Positions 1 through 7,964 of a stretch of DNA of 16,510 bases are shown piece after piece. The notes below the pieces were generated by a model. The model ran no database searches and had not been told where the DNA came from. It worked only from the letters and a program-made list of their open reading frames with translations. Source of the stretch: Nanopusillaceae archaeon (GTDB lineage: Archaea > Nanobdellota > Nanobdellia > Nanobdellales > Nanobdellaceae); contig JBMFJL010000008.1 in NCBI GenBank assembly GCA_049973735.1, forward strand, positions 1-16,510. Direction: 5' to 3'. The number at the start of each line of letters is the position of its first letter. The first letter of the stretch is position 1. Made by a program: the position numbers and the translations under genes.

Positions 1-1
1 A

Positions 2-163
2 TTAGAAGGTGGAAAGGTAGTTAGATTAAAGAAACAATGTCCTAGATGTGGAAGATTTATGGGAGAACATAAAGATAGATATCATTGTGGATATTGTGGA
101 TATACCGAATTCAAAATTAAGCAAGAGAAAAAATTAATAAAGGAAATTGGAATCCAAATATAA
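2..163 (+). CDS. rps27ae: Ribosomal protein eS31 (S27ae), C-terminal part; 5' end lies outside the window
   Basis: Frame 2 translates to [53 protein letters not shown]. The CPRCG...[14 protein letters not shown] zinc-ribbon is the signature of archaeal S27ae. The TAA stop is at 161-163. It is absent from the ORF track because it has no start codon in the window. Confidence 0.8.
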   Translation, partial: LEGGKVVRLKKQCPRCGRFMGEHKDRYHCGYCGYTEFKIKQEKKLIKEIGIQI

Positions 164-479
164 AATAAAATATTTTGGATTTTTTAGATCTATTATAGGT
201 TTAATGTTTCAAATCCCAGATAAAAATACAATATATATATTGGATCTAGGGAAGGATAGAGAAGATGCAGATGTCCATACATTTTTTTGCTTAAAGCCAT
301 TGGATATATACTTGTATGACTCGAATTTAAATTTAGTTGGTTATAAGAAAAATATGAAGCCATTTAGAGTATATAGACCAAGAAAAAAATTTAGATATGT
401 AATAGAAGGCATAGATTTAAATGAGGATAAACTAAAATATGCTTTAGAAAAATTAAAATCATTCGAATTTGCTAGATAA
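147..479 (+). CDS. DUF192-like small protein (hypothetical)
   Basis: 110-aa ORF with a TTG start that overlaps the S27ae 3' end by 17 nt. RSIIGLMF, then [15 protein letters not shown], then FRYVIEG resemble the DUF192/COG1430 pattern (GLM..., M-x-x-PLDIiF-D, yVLE). This assignment is from memory of the family pattern only. The first in-frame ATG would cut the GLM motif, so the TTG start is plausible. Confidence 0.5.
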   Translation: MESKYKIKYFGFFRSIIGLMFQIPDKNTIYILDLGKDREDADVHTFFCLKPLDIYLYDSNLNLVGYKKNMKPFRVYRPRKKFRYVIEGIDLNEDKLKYALEKLKSFEFAR

Positions 480-836
480 CATCTCAAATTCTAAGAATAA
501 TCTATCTACAGAATTTTTTATATTCTTTATATTTTCAGATAAAGATTTGGATATTTGTGCTTTAAATTGAGTTGGAATTGCAGGATTTTGGGATATTTCT
601 TCATGATAAATTTCTAGATACGATTTGAGTAATTCTAATATATTTATTAAATCTTGCAAAAGGATAAATATATAGTTTATTTCTTGTAATTGATATTGAT
701 ACAAAATATTCTGGTTAGTTAAAGTTTTTTCATACATATTAATAGATCTTATATGTATAATGCTACTGTTCACTTTGTTTATTAAATTTGAAATGGAATT
801 TAATATTTCATTTTCTTTCTCCTGATAATTCATCAT
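459..836 (-). CDS. Hypothetical small helical (coiled-coil-like) protein
   Basis: 125-aa ORF with no TM segment and no Cys. It has heptad-like L/I/N/E-rich composition. Its end converges on and overlaps the DUF192-like ORF by 21 nt. I recognise no family. Confidence 0.45.
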   Translation of the reverse strand: MMNYQEKENEILNSISNLINKVNSSIIHIRSINMYEKTLTNQNILYQYQLQEINYIFILLQDLINILELLKSYLEIYHEEISQNPAIPTQFKAQISKSLSENIKNIKNSVDRLFLEFEMLSSKFE

Positions 837-871
837 AAAAGTAATTAGTTGATTTATATTTATTAATTTTT

Positions 872-921
872 TCAGTGAGGAGGTACTATCATCACAAATC
901 AGGCGCGCGCAACATCATCAT
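872..921 (-). ncRNA. C/D-box sRNA (2'-O-methylation guide), canonical archaeal architecture
   Basis: The minus strand reads AUGAUGA (C box, 921-915), a 12-nt guide UGUUGCGCGCGC (914-903) and CUGA (D', 902-899). It continues with UUU, GUGAUGA (C', 895-889), a 13-nt guide UAGUACCUCCUCA (888-876) and CUGA (D, 875-872). Box order, the 12-13 nt spacers and the 3-nt D'-C' loop fit archaeal C/D sRNAs. It sits in the 81-nt gap between two minus-strand genes. The guides form the only G+C-rich island in that gap. Confidence 0.78.
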
Positions 922-1529
922 ATATATTTCAATATTCCACTTTTTTCTTTATTATCTATGATTCCTTTTATTAATTTAAAGTCATCATCAAAAAAGGTTC
1001 TCCATTCCCTATGATATAATGTAGAGGCAGGGTGGATAGTTGGTATAATTTTTATCTCTTTGCCCCACCTATTTACTTTATATATTTTACCCCTATTTTT
1101 CATAATAGAATCAAATTTCAATCCAAAATATTCAAATATCCATTTTGTAGAATAATATCCTAGGGTAACTATTATTGATGGTTTTATTATTTCTAATTGT
1201 TTTTCTAACCAAATAGAACATGCTTTTATCTCTTCATCTTTTGGTTCTCTATTATTTGGTGGTCTACACTTTACAACATTTGTTATATATACTTTATTTC
1301 TATCCAAATTTAATATATTTTTTATATTTTCATTTAAAACTTGTCCAGCTTTTCCTACAAAAGGTTTTCCCTGCAAATCTTCTTCTCTACCTGGCGCTTC
1401 TCCTATGAATAATATTTCAGAATTTGGATCTCCATCGCCAGGAACATAATTTTTCTTATATTGATATAATGGACATCTTGTACATTTAAGAATTTCGCTA
1501 TTGAGTTTTTCAATTTCTTCTTTTTTCAT
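918..1529 (-). CDS. udg: Uracil-DNA glycosylase, family 4 (Fe-S type)
   Basis: 203 aa. It carries the family-4 motif GEAPGREED...GKPFVGKAG. It has exactly four Cys arranged as C-x2-C (CTRC) plus C-x15-C ([17 protein letters not shown]), typical of the [4Fe-4S] ligands. HPAS lies near the C-terminus. Confidence 0.9.
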   Translation of the reverse strand: MKKEEIEKLNSEILKCTRCPLYQYKKNYVPGDGDPNSEILFIGEAPGREEDLQGKPFVGKAGQVLNENIKNILNLDRNKVYITNVVKCRPPNNREPKDEEIKACSIWLEKQLEIIKPSIIVTLGYYSTKWIFEYFGLKFDSIMKNRGKIYKVNRWGKEIKIIPTIHPASTLYHREWRTFFDDDFKLIKGIIDNKEKSGILKYI

Positions 1530-1566
1530 TAAATAGAAATATAAAGATAATATTTATTTTTCTTTT
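1530..1566. promoter_or_regulatory. 37-nt divergent promoter region with two back-to-back TATA-like boxes
   Basis: AATATAAA (1538-1545, + sense) is centred about 26 nt upstream of the ATG at 1567. AATAAATA (minus sense, about 1550-1557) is centred about 25 nt upstream of the minus-strand ATG at 1529. The spacing fits leaderless archaeal transcripts. Confidence 0.4.
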
Positions 1567-2388
1567 ATGTTGGCACATGCTCAAGGAAATTATGAAAAAG
1601 CAAAATGGGTGATTATTGGAATACCATCAGAGCTAGGTAGTTTATCACATGTAAAATATTATTCTGAAGGCCCAGAAGCTATTAGAGATGCCTCTTATAG
1701 AATCTTTAGTACAATTTTTGGAAAAGTAAATTTAGATGAAATATATGACTTCGGAGATCTAGATTTAGAGGATATAAAGAATATTCAAGATCTTTACAAA
1801 AAAATATATGAAGAAGTAAAGAATATATATAATAAAAATAAAAAATTTGTATTTCTTGGTGGAGATCATTCTATAACATATCCAATAATAAAAATTTTAA
1901 AGGAAAATTGGGATGATCTTTATTTATTATATTTTGATGCACATCCAGATATACATCCAGATCCATATGTAAATTATCAAAGTTTTATATACTATTTAAT
2001 AAAGGAGGATTACTTAGATCCCGAAAAAATAATAATGGTCGGTATATCAAATTTATCATTTGATGAAAAAGAAATAATAAAAGATTGGGGTATAAAGTAT
2101 TATACACCATTTGATGTTTGGGACAATCCAGACAAAATAGCTAAGGAGATTAAAGAAATGTTGAATAATAAAAATGTTTATATTTCTATTGATATTGATG
2201 TTTTTGAAAATGGTTGCGGACATTGGTTGGAAGGATTTGGAATTAGACCATATCATTATTTTAAAATTATAAAAAATATAGATGTTAATTTAATAGGTTT
2301 TGATATTGTAGAATTGTTTTCAAGCGAAATATGCGATAATCTAGCTGCAAAAATATTATTAGAAACTATTGCTATTTTTAGTAAGTAA
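1567..2388 (+). CDS. speB: Arginase/agmatinase/formiminoglutamase-family ureohydrolase (probably agmatinase)
   Basis: 273 aa with the family's Mn-binding motifs: GGDHSITYP, FDAHPDIHPD, SIDIDV, and GFDIVEL near the C-terminus. Agmatinase versus arginase cannot be decided by eye. The segment after SIDIDV (FENGCGHWLEGFG) departs from the usual DPxxAPGTGTPxPGG. Confidence 0.7.
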   Translation: MLAHAQGNYEKAKWVIIGIPSELGSLSHVKYYSEGPEAIRDASYRIFSTIFGKVNLDEIYDFGDLDLEDIKNIQDLYKKIYEEVKNIYNKNKKFVFLGGDHSITYPIIKILKENWDDLYLLYFDAHPDIHPDPYVNYQSFIYYLIKEDYLDPEKIIMVGISNLSFDEKEIIKDWGIKYYTPFDVWDNPDKIAKEIKEMLNNKNVYISIDIDVFENGCGHWLEGFGIRPYHYFKIIKNIDVNLIGFDIVELFSSEICDNLAAKILLETIAIFSK

Positions 2389-2392
2389 AGAT

Positions 2393-3043
2393 CTAGACTA
2401 TTTTTATACTTTTGTTTCCAAGATTTAGCAAATAAACTCTTACAGACTGGAAGAAAGTTATATTGTTTATTGCTCTACATGGTATTTTATTGCATATAAT
2501 TTTCCCATCTAAGTTTTCAGTGCAGATTAAATCATCTTGAACGTAGGTTTGAGATAAAAATATGAAAGATTGGTTGTTTGAGGATAAATTATTAATACAA
2601 AAATCATAAACAAATTTATAGAAATCTGAATAAAAGTTCCTGCATATTTCCAGTTTCATATAATGAAATTCTCCATTTATAGATATTGGATAACTTATAT
2701 TATCGCAATTACCGAAATAATTTATTATGCCAAAACTATAATTTTCTATATATACTCTGAATGGATATGGAAATGTTGTACAGTTAGGCAATTCATTAAA
2801 AAAAGTTTTATTATAATATGATAATTTATCATAAGTTGTATAATAAATTGAATAACCTTGGTAGCCAATACAATTTGGAGAAAATAATTGATATATAATA
2901 TCTTGGGAATATGAAAAATAATTCTGTCTTTCAAAATTGTATAAATTTAAAGAAGAAAAGAATGCAGTAATTAGAATAATACCCACTATAAAGAATACTA
3001 TTAATAGAGTGGTAAATGCTACAGAAAACTGATATCTCCTCAT
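2393..3043 (-). CDS. Orphan Cys-rich N-terminally anchored surface protein (last gene of the cluster)
   Basis: 216 aa. The N-terminus MRRYQFSVAFTTLLIVFFIVGIILITAFF is a short basic head plus one hydrophobic helix. The ectodomain has 8 Cys and several N-x-S/T sequons (NKT, NCT, NYS, NIS, NLS, NQS, NIT, NKS). Its start is 1 nt from the upstream gene's stop. Confidence 0.7.
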   Translation of the reverse strand: MRRYQFSVAFTTLLIVFFIVGIILITAFFSSLNLYNFERQNYFSYSQDIIYQLFSPNCIGYQGYSIYYTTYDKLSYYNKTFFNELPNCTTFPYPFRVYIENYSFGIINYFGNCDNISYPISINGEFHYMKLEICRNFYSDFYKFVYDFCINNLSSNNQSFIFLSQTYVQDDLICTENLDGKIICNKIPCRAINNITFFQSVRVYLLNLGNKSIKIV

Positions 3044-3044
3044 T

Positions 3045-4277
3045 TTATGTACTACAGTATGTATTTACTTCCATAGTATCTGGACATTGAATATCTTTTG
3101 CACAATCAGGATTACATTCACATCTAACATTTATCCAACATATTATACAATCCCTTCTATAAGATACATAATATAAAAATTCTATAGTTTTTGTGTCAGT
3201 ATCTTCTGAAACTACTGATGAAGATCCACATCCATCTAGAGGATCACAATCTTCCCATTGATTATTTAATTTGCAAGTTAGTGGTAATGGTGTTATTGGT
3301 TTACCAGTAGTCTTATTAACCTTATATTCACATTTATATTCACATATTTTGTATGCATATTGAGTTACATTTTGGTAATAGACTATAGAGCTAAATGTTA
3401 TCCTTTGTGGCAATGTCACACCATTATAATATACATTGTAATCTGTATGCTCACAAGACAATGTTATGATACAGGCAATTCCTATTGGATACCAACAATA
3501 TTTGTCACAATTCAAAGGAACTTTACATTGATATGGAATTATACTCTCATTACATTTTACAGCTGGATTTCCTACAAAATTCTCGAAGGAATCTTTACAA
3601 GTATATGTCGGAGAACCTAATAAAGTATTTACACAATCTACATAGGAGCAATCTGAAAATTCACCACTTAATGAAAAATCATAGGCATTTCTATACAAAT
3701 AAAATGCAGGATTATTTGTTACATTAAATGAATATAGATATGGATATATGGCGCCTGTATTTGGACTGGTTACATTTATATATATTCCATTGACTCCGAT
3801 TGGGAACCAATAATCATATTCTCCAGAGTTTACATTTTGACAACTACCAATTATCCCAGCAATATACTGATCTGAAAAATTTAAATTTACATTAAAAGGA
3901 TAATAATATTTTTCTTGATATAAATTTAGCATTCCTATGTTCGATTCCTCCATAATACCTTCCATTAGCAGTTTATTATAAAAGCTCATGGCATCGGGAC
4001 ATTCTGGAGGCATATGACATCCATAAGGTACTGAAGCCCAATAACTTTGATTCCAAGAATTAGTACCAGCATTATAAGATTGTGTATACGCTTGTTGTTG
4101 TATTAGAGTTGACATATACCCTAAAAAATAATTTACTAATGTATTAACAGATGTATATCTAATAAATACTTCATTTTGTTTATAACTTAATGTTAAAGCA
4201 AAAAATACTAGCACAACTACTGAAATGATTAAAGATAAAAACAATATCGCATATAATATTTCATTTTGAAGTCTCAT
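3045..4277 (-). CDS. Orphan highly Cys-rich N-terminally anchored surface protein
   Basis: 410 aa. The N-terminus MRLQNEILYAILFLSLIISVVVLVFFAL is a signal-anchor. It has 24 Cys (about 6 percent), clustered at the C-terminus (RDCIICWINVRCECNPDCAKDIQCPD). It has many N-x-S/T sequons. Its ATG overlaps the upstream stop by 4 nt (4274-4277). Confidence 0.75.
   Translation of the reverse strand: MRLQNEILYAILFLSLIISVVVLVFFALTLSYKQNEVFIRYTSVNTLVNYFLGYMSTLIQQQAYTQSYNAGTNSWNQSYWASVPYGCHMPPECPDAMSFYNKLLMEGIMEESNIGMLNLYQEKYYYPFNVNLNFSDQYIAGIIGSCQNVNSGEYDYWFPIGVNGIYINVTSPNTGAIYPYLYSFNVTNNPAFYLYRNAYDFSLSGEFSDCSYVDCVNTLLGSPTYTCKDSFENFVGNPAVKCNESIIPYQCKVPLNCDKYCWYPIGIACIITLSCEHTDYNVYYNGVTLPQRITFSSIVYYQNVTQYAYKICEYKCEYKVNKTTGKPITPLPLTCKLNNQWEDCDPLDGCGSSSVVSEDTDTKTIEFLYYVSYRRDCIICWINVRCECNPDCAKDIQCPDTMEVNTYCST
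3322..3345 (-). repeat. Perfect 12-nt tandem duplication (2 copies) inside the 410-aa gene
   Basis: The plus strand has ttatattcacat twice in a row (3322-3333 and 3334-3345). This encodes the in-frame duplication CEYK-CEYK. Confidence 0.85.
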
Positions 4278-5443
4278 TTTTTAATAATAGCATGAAGATA
4301 TATAAATATTATTATTGCAACTGTTAATACAAATCCATGTATTGTTCCCCACACTATGCTTGCATTTGGAAAGTTTATTAAATTAATTAATATACCAAGT
4401 TTTACTGGGAATTCATATCTAGAAAATTCCAGTAGTTCACCAGTAAATAACTGTAATAAAAACAATATTGCTAATGTTATACCAAAACCTTTTTTCATTA
4501 CTTTATTAGATAATCTATAAAGTCCATAGTGTATGCCTGCTATTAAAAATATAAGAGAAGGTATATACCTTGTATGCAATAAAAAAGCATAAAAATCCCT
4601 AAATGTTAGGAAATAAAGACCTACAAAAATTTCTAGAAATGATAAAGTCAATAGAAGGTGATCGGTAAAATTATGAAATCTAGTTGAAATATTCTTTTTA
4701 TATATTTTGTAAAGTACAAATAATTCTACGACTGAAAATATTAAACTGAAGGTATACATATATTTATGATAATTAGATGTGTTATATTGAAATAATCTAT
4801 AAGTAGACAAAAGTATTTGTACAAATATAATGAAAAATATTGCTAGATATAGATACTTTTTATATTTATCAATTTTATTTAGTGCAGAAGCTATATTTAT
4901 TTTTGGATCTTTGTTTATATAATTCTGTAAAAACAATAAGACAGATGCGATTAATAATAATATTGATATTACTAAAAATACCAAATATTTATTACGTAGA
5001 AAGCTAATGGGGAATATATAATAAATATAAAAAGGGACGACTATATCAAAATTCTTGTAGAGAAAATGAATGAAAAGTATCAAAAAGAGTAAGAAAATAT
5101 TTAGAATATAAATCATGATTGATTTTTTTGAAAAAGAAAATTTATTTTCGACAATATAGTATCCTAAAATAAATGAGAGCATATAGAATAACACATAGTC
5201 AACGATTAACGAGTAAATAACTTCTATAATCATATAAGTTCTAAAAATAAAAATTGGTATTATAAGATAAGATAGCTTGTACAATTTTGACGCCTTTGTA
5301 TATTTTAAAAATAAGAGAAGTAAAAATGAATAAATTAGTCCAAATATGGTTATGAAAATTGAAAAGTCGCTAAGAATTAAAAACAAAAAATATTCTAAAA
5401 TATATATTAAATAGAAAATTATATTTTCGTTTAATTTTACCAT
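4274..5443 (-). CDS. Polytopic integral membrane protein, Cys-free, unknown family
   Basis: 389 aa, almost entirely hydrophobic, with roughly ten or more predicted helices by eye. It has zero Cys. His residues sit in the last helices (IAGIHYGLY and WGTIHGFVLTVAIIIFIYLHAI). It overlaps both neighbours (7 nt and 4 nt). Confidence 0.75.
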   Translation of the reverse strand: MVKLNENIIFYLIYILEYFLFLILSDFSIFITIFGLIYSFLLLLFLKYTKASKLYKLSYLIIPIFIFRTYMIIEVIYSLIVDYVLFYMLSFILGYYIVENKFSFSKKSIMIYILNIFLLFLILFIHFLYKNFDIVVPFYIYYIFPISFLRNKYLVFLVISILLLIASVLLFLQNYINKDPKINIASALNKIDKYKKYLYLAIFFIIFVQILLSTYRLFQYNTSNYHKYMYTFSLIFSVVELFVLYKIYKKNISTRFHNFTDHLLLTLSFLEIFVGLYFLTFRDFYAFLLHTRYIPSLIFLIAGIHYGLYRLSNKVMKKGFGITLAILFLLQLFTGELLEFSRYEFPVKLGILINLINFPNASIVWGTIHGFVLTVAIIIFIYLHAIIKK

Positions 5444-6987
5444 ACCTTTAAAACACCTACTAGGTATCCGCCTAAGTAAGGAACATTAACTGGTAAATAG
5501 AAATAAAATACATATACTGATACCCCTTCTGGTACAGGATATCCTAATTGCACATAATTGCCCTTACCTTGGAACATAAAGGCGTTCAATTCGTAAACTT
5601 TATCATCTTCTGTTAAACAATATAATCTAGCCATTGCAACACCATTACTATGTATATGTGGATCCCAATAAGCGGCAGATACATAAATATATGGTGTGTT
5701 TGGATCTCTATCATTTATAACCCATTTTGTTATATTGAATCTATATAATCCCTGAGCAGATAACCCATCTACATTAATTCTATATACTAAAGGACAATCT
5801 TTCCCTACAGTCACTCCTCCAACATTTGTAATATCATCATATACTCCTGTAGGACAGTCTATTAGATTACCATTTTTATAATATTTACAATAAGGATCTG
5901 CTGCCAGGAATACATATTCCGGTTGTCCATTTTTATTTAGGTAGGATATATATAATCTAACTACTTCATGCCATGGATAATCCATAAAAACTTGTTTGCA
6001 GAAATCTGGTATAATAACCTGTCCTCTATAGAAAGATCCGACCACAACTTCAGTATTTGATATCAAATTTAACATCTTTGCTAAATAAGTTATATCTGTT
6101 GCTGTTTTATATGTAGGAGGATTTTCATAATAATGAAAAGTAAAAATTTTTCCACAATGATCTCCTTCGCCATCGAAAAACTTTGGTAAATTTTTAGTAG
6201 GTTCTGTACTTCCTCCACATGCTCCTAAAGGACCAAAATCTTGAAATAGTTTCCATTCTCCATTTGGACAAAAAACTGATGCATCAGTGAATTTTTGATT
6301 TGGCAATACTTTTGACAAAGGTAAACACACACCTCTCTTTATGGCATCTTCTATATTATTAGCTGGAGAATATAGACCTTGAAGACCCCAATTTGATGAA
6401 GAAGTCCATTCATGAAAAGGTGCAGTTGCGTTTACCCAGCCAGCGCCTTTTATTGTTACTGTACCGAAGTTAGGAACATACACATTTTCATTGTAAGAAT
6501 CGGTAAAAAAGTACGTATAGTTCCATTCATACCATTCTATATTATTATTATCCTTTGGTGGATTGAATGCACAAACATCATAACTTCCTTCATTTCCAGT
6601 AACTATGAACATTTGAACAATCCATCCGGTTACAGAAGGTAAATAGTAAACAGTTAGGTTCCATCTATTTCCATAAATGGCATCAAAATATTCCTTAATA
6701 TCTTTTGAAATATTTGTGCAGATTCTAGGATTTATACAATAAGTATCATTTCCTGATGTAGACCAATAGGATAATAAGAAAGAATAAGATAAATTTACTT
6801 TTGAATCAAATATATAAGATAATAGGTCTACGCTATTTTGAATAGTCAAAGAATATTGATTAATGGACTCTTGGCCAGTTGTAGTTTGTGATGAATAATT
6901 ATAGGAGAGCAAATAAGCTAATAGACCGGATAATAGAATTATTCCAGCAATAATAGATAAAGTTAAGACATTTATATCAGATTTCAT
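5437..6987 (-). CDS. Orphan large N-terminally anchored surface protein
   Basis: 516 aa. The N-terminus MKSDINVLTLSIIAGIILLSGLLAYLLSY is a signal-anchor. It has 12 Cys, is rich in Y/W/N/G, and has several N-x-S/T sequons. Its start lies 1 nt after the upstream stop. I recognise no domain. Confidence 0.75.
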   Translation of the reverse strand: MKSDINVLTLSIIAGIILLSGLLAYLLSYNYSSQTTTGQESINQYSLTIQNSVDLLSYIFDSKVNLSYSFLLSYWSTSGNDTYCINPRICTNISKDIKEYFDAIYGNRWNLTVYYLPSVTGWIVQMFIVTGNEGSYDVCAFNPPKDNNNIEWYEWNYTYFFTDSYNENVYVPNFGTVTIKGAGWVNATAPFHEWTSSSNWGLQGLYSPANNIEDAIKRGVCLPLSKVLPNQKFTDASVFCPNGEWKLFQDFGPLGACGGSTEPTKNLPKFFDGEGDHCGKIFTFHYYENPPTYKTATDITYLAKMLNLISNTEVVVGSFYRGQVIIPDFCKQVFMDYPWHEVVRLYISYLNKNGQPEYVFLAADPYCKYYKNGNLIDCPTGVYDDITNVGGVTVGKDCPLVYRINVDGLSAQGLYRFNITKWVINDRDPNTPYIYVSAAYWDPHIHSNGVAMARLYCLTEDDKVYELNAFMFQGKGNYVQLGYPVPEGVSVYVFYFYLPVNVPYLGGYLVGVLKVW

Positions 6988-6988
6988 T

Positions 6989-7885
6989 TTATCTTAGATA
7001 GTAAAGTAGTAGTAATAAGGCCACTATAATAATTACTATTGCTATAGCTATTGGCCATTTATATGGGAATTCACTACTTTTAGTTTCAGTTATATTCTGT
7101 TTTACTAAATTTAAATTAATATTTGTTGTTGCCGTTTCTGTATTATTTGTGTTATTAATGCAAATAAAAGTTCCGGTACATGTAACTTTTATAGTATTTG
7201 GTGGAGGACAGAAATATTCAAAAGAAGCATATAATACCAATAAAGAAAAATTGTTTGGACATCTATACCAGTTTCCATTAAAAGTTGAATTCGGTGGACA
7301 ATAACCACACATAACTTCTTTTCTATAAGCTTCAACCAACTTTTGATAATCTGTCTTATTGTAATTTGGTGGTATGTTTGGTATATAAGGTGGTTCAAAA
7401 CATGGATAAGGGGTAGAGCTACATTCAGGTACTAACCAAGGTTTATCGGGGCATTCTAATATACTTGTACAATTTGTTTTATTTGTATAAAATGATAAAT
7501 CAATATCTTTTAGGATTCCTTCAGGAAGTAAAGATTGTGGAATGATCAAAGTACCATTTGGATATTGACAATAAGAATTATTTACAATTATTCCATCAAT
7601 AATTTCTTCCTCTCTAACTAAGGATAAATTATAATGGGCGCAAAAAGAATATTCTGGAGGTACTTCATTCATATAGTATTGAAATATATCAAATGGAACT
7701 CCATTTACTATACAATATTCTCCTGTTGAATTCGAATAGTATTTACCACCACCATATTCGCAATATATTACAAAAGCATCTTTTAGAGAATATGATTTGT
7801 TATATATTAATAAAGCAAAAAATGTTAAAAATACGATTATAAGGAATGTCTTTTTACCTTTGGTGAATATTCTTCTATAGCTCAT
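6989..7885 (-). CDS. Type-I membrane surface protein with two DUF333-like Cys motifs and a C-terminal TM anchor
   Basis: 298 aa. The N-terminal signal is MSYRRIFTKGKKTFLIIVFLTFFALLIYNKSYS. The C-terminal anchor is KWPIAIAIVIIIVALLLLLYYLR. It has 14 Cys and about 13 N-x-S/T sequons. YCEYGGGKYYSNSTGEYCIVNGVPFDIFQYY resembles the DUF333/COG3042 pattern (vYC-x2-GG...G-x2-C-x-lPNG...eW). A degenerate second copy is FCAHYN...SYCQYPNGTLI. Confidence 0.7.
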   Translation of the reverse strand: MSYRRIFTKGKKTFLIIVFLTFFALLIYNKSYSLKDAFVIYCEYGGGKYYSNSTGEYCIVNGVPFDIFQYYMNEVPPEYSFCAHYNLSLVREEEIIDGIIVNNSYCQYPNGTLIIPQSLLPEGILKDIDLSFYTNKTNCTSILECPDKPWLVPECSSTPYPCFEPPYIPNIPPNYNKTDYQKLVEAYRKEVMCGYCPPNSTFNGNWYRCPNNFSLLVLYASFEYFCPPPNTIKVTCTGTFICINNTNNTETATTNINLNLVKQNITETKSSEFPYKWPIAIAIVIIIVALLLLLYYLR

Positions 7886-7906
7886 AATAAATTTATTAAT
7901 TATACT

Positions 7907-7915
7907 TATTTAAAA
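7907..7915 (-). promoter_or_regulatory. TATA box for the 7885-2393 transcription unit
   Basis: The minus strand reads TTTTAAATA, centred about 26 nt upstream of the ATG at 7885. It lies in the only sizeable internal gap of the cluster (79 nt). Confidence 0.5.
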
Positions 7916-7964
7916 GATTTTTACTATTATTTACTAGTTTTTATTTTTCATAGGTTTTGATCTA

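Noticed and set aside
877-886. Strong Shine-Dalgarno-like GAGGAGGT on the plus strand
   Set aside because: No plus-strand ORF follows it. The sequence is the complement of the D-guide of the minus-strand C/D-box sRNA.
901-912. Alternating (GC)4 island (aggcgcgcgcaa), a possible Z-DNA or restriction-site oddity in AT-rich DNA
   Set aside because: It is fully explained as the D' guide region of the C/D-box sRNA.
2386-2400. Short palindromes (agatct and tctaga) at the convergent junction of the ureohydrolase and the last cluster gene
   Set aside because: They are only 6-9 nt, with no stem-loop of useful length and no T-tract context. They are probably chance, so I did not call a terminator.
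4274-5443. Idea that the 389-aa polytopic protein is the missing prepilin peptidase, an archaeosortase or a disulfide-generating VKOR/DsbB
   Set aside because: It has no GxGD-type Asp motifs. It has no Cys at all, whereas archaeosortase, VKOR and DsbB all need catalytic Cys. I therefore left it as unknown.
7886-7964. 79-nt gap checked as a possible tRNA, small-RNA or terminator locus
   Set aside because: It is uniformly AT-rich, with no C/D boxes, no tRNA-like G+C-rich stems and only a 4-T run on the coding strand. I kept only the TATA-like box.
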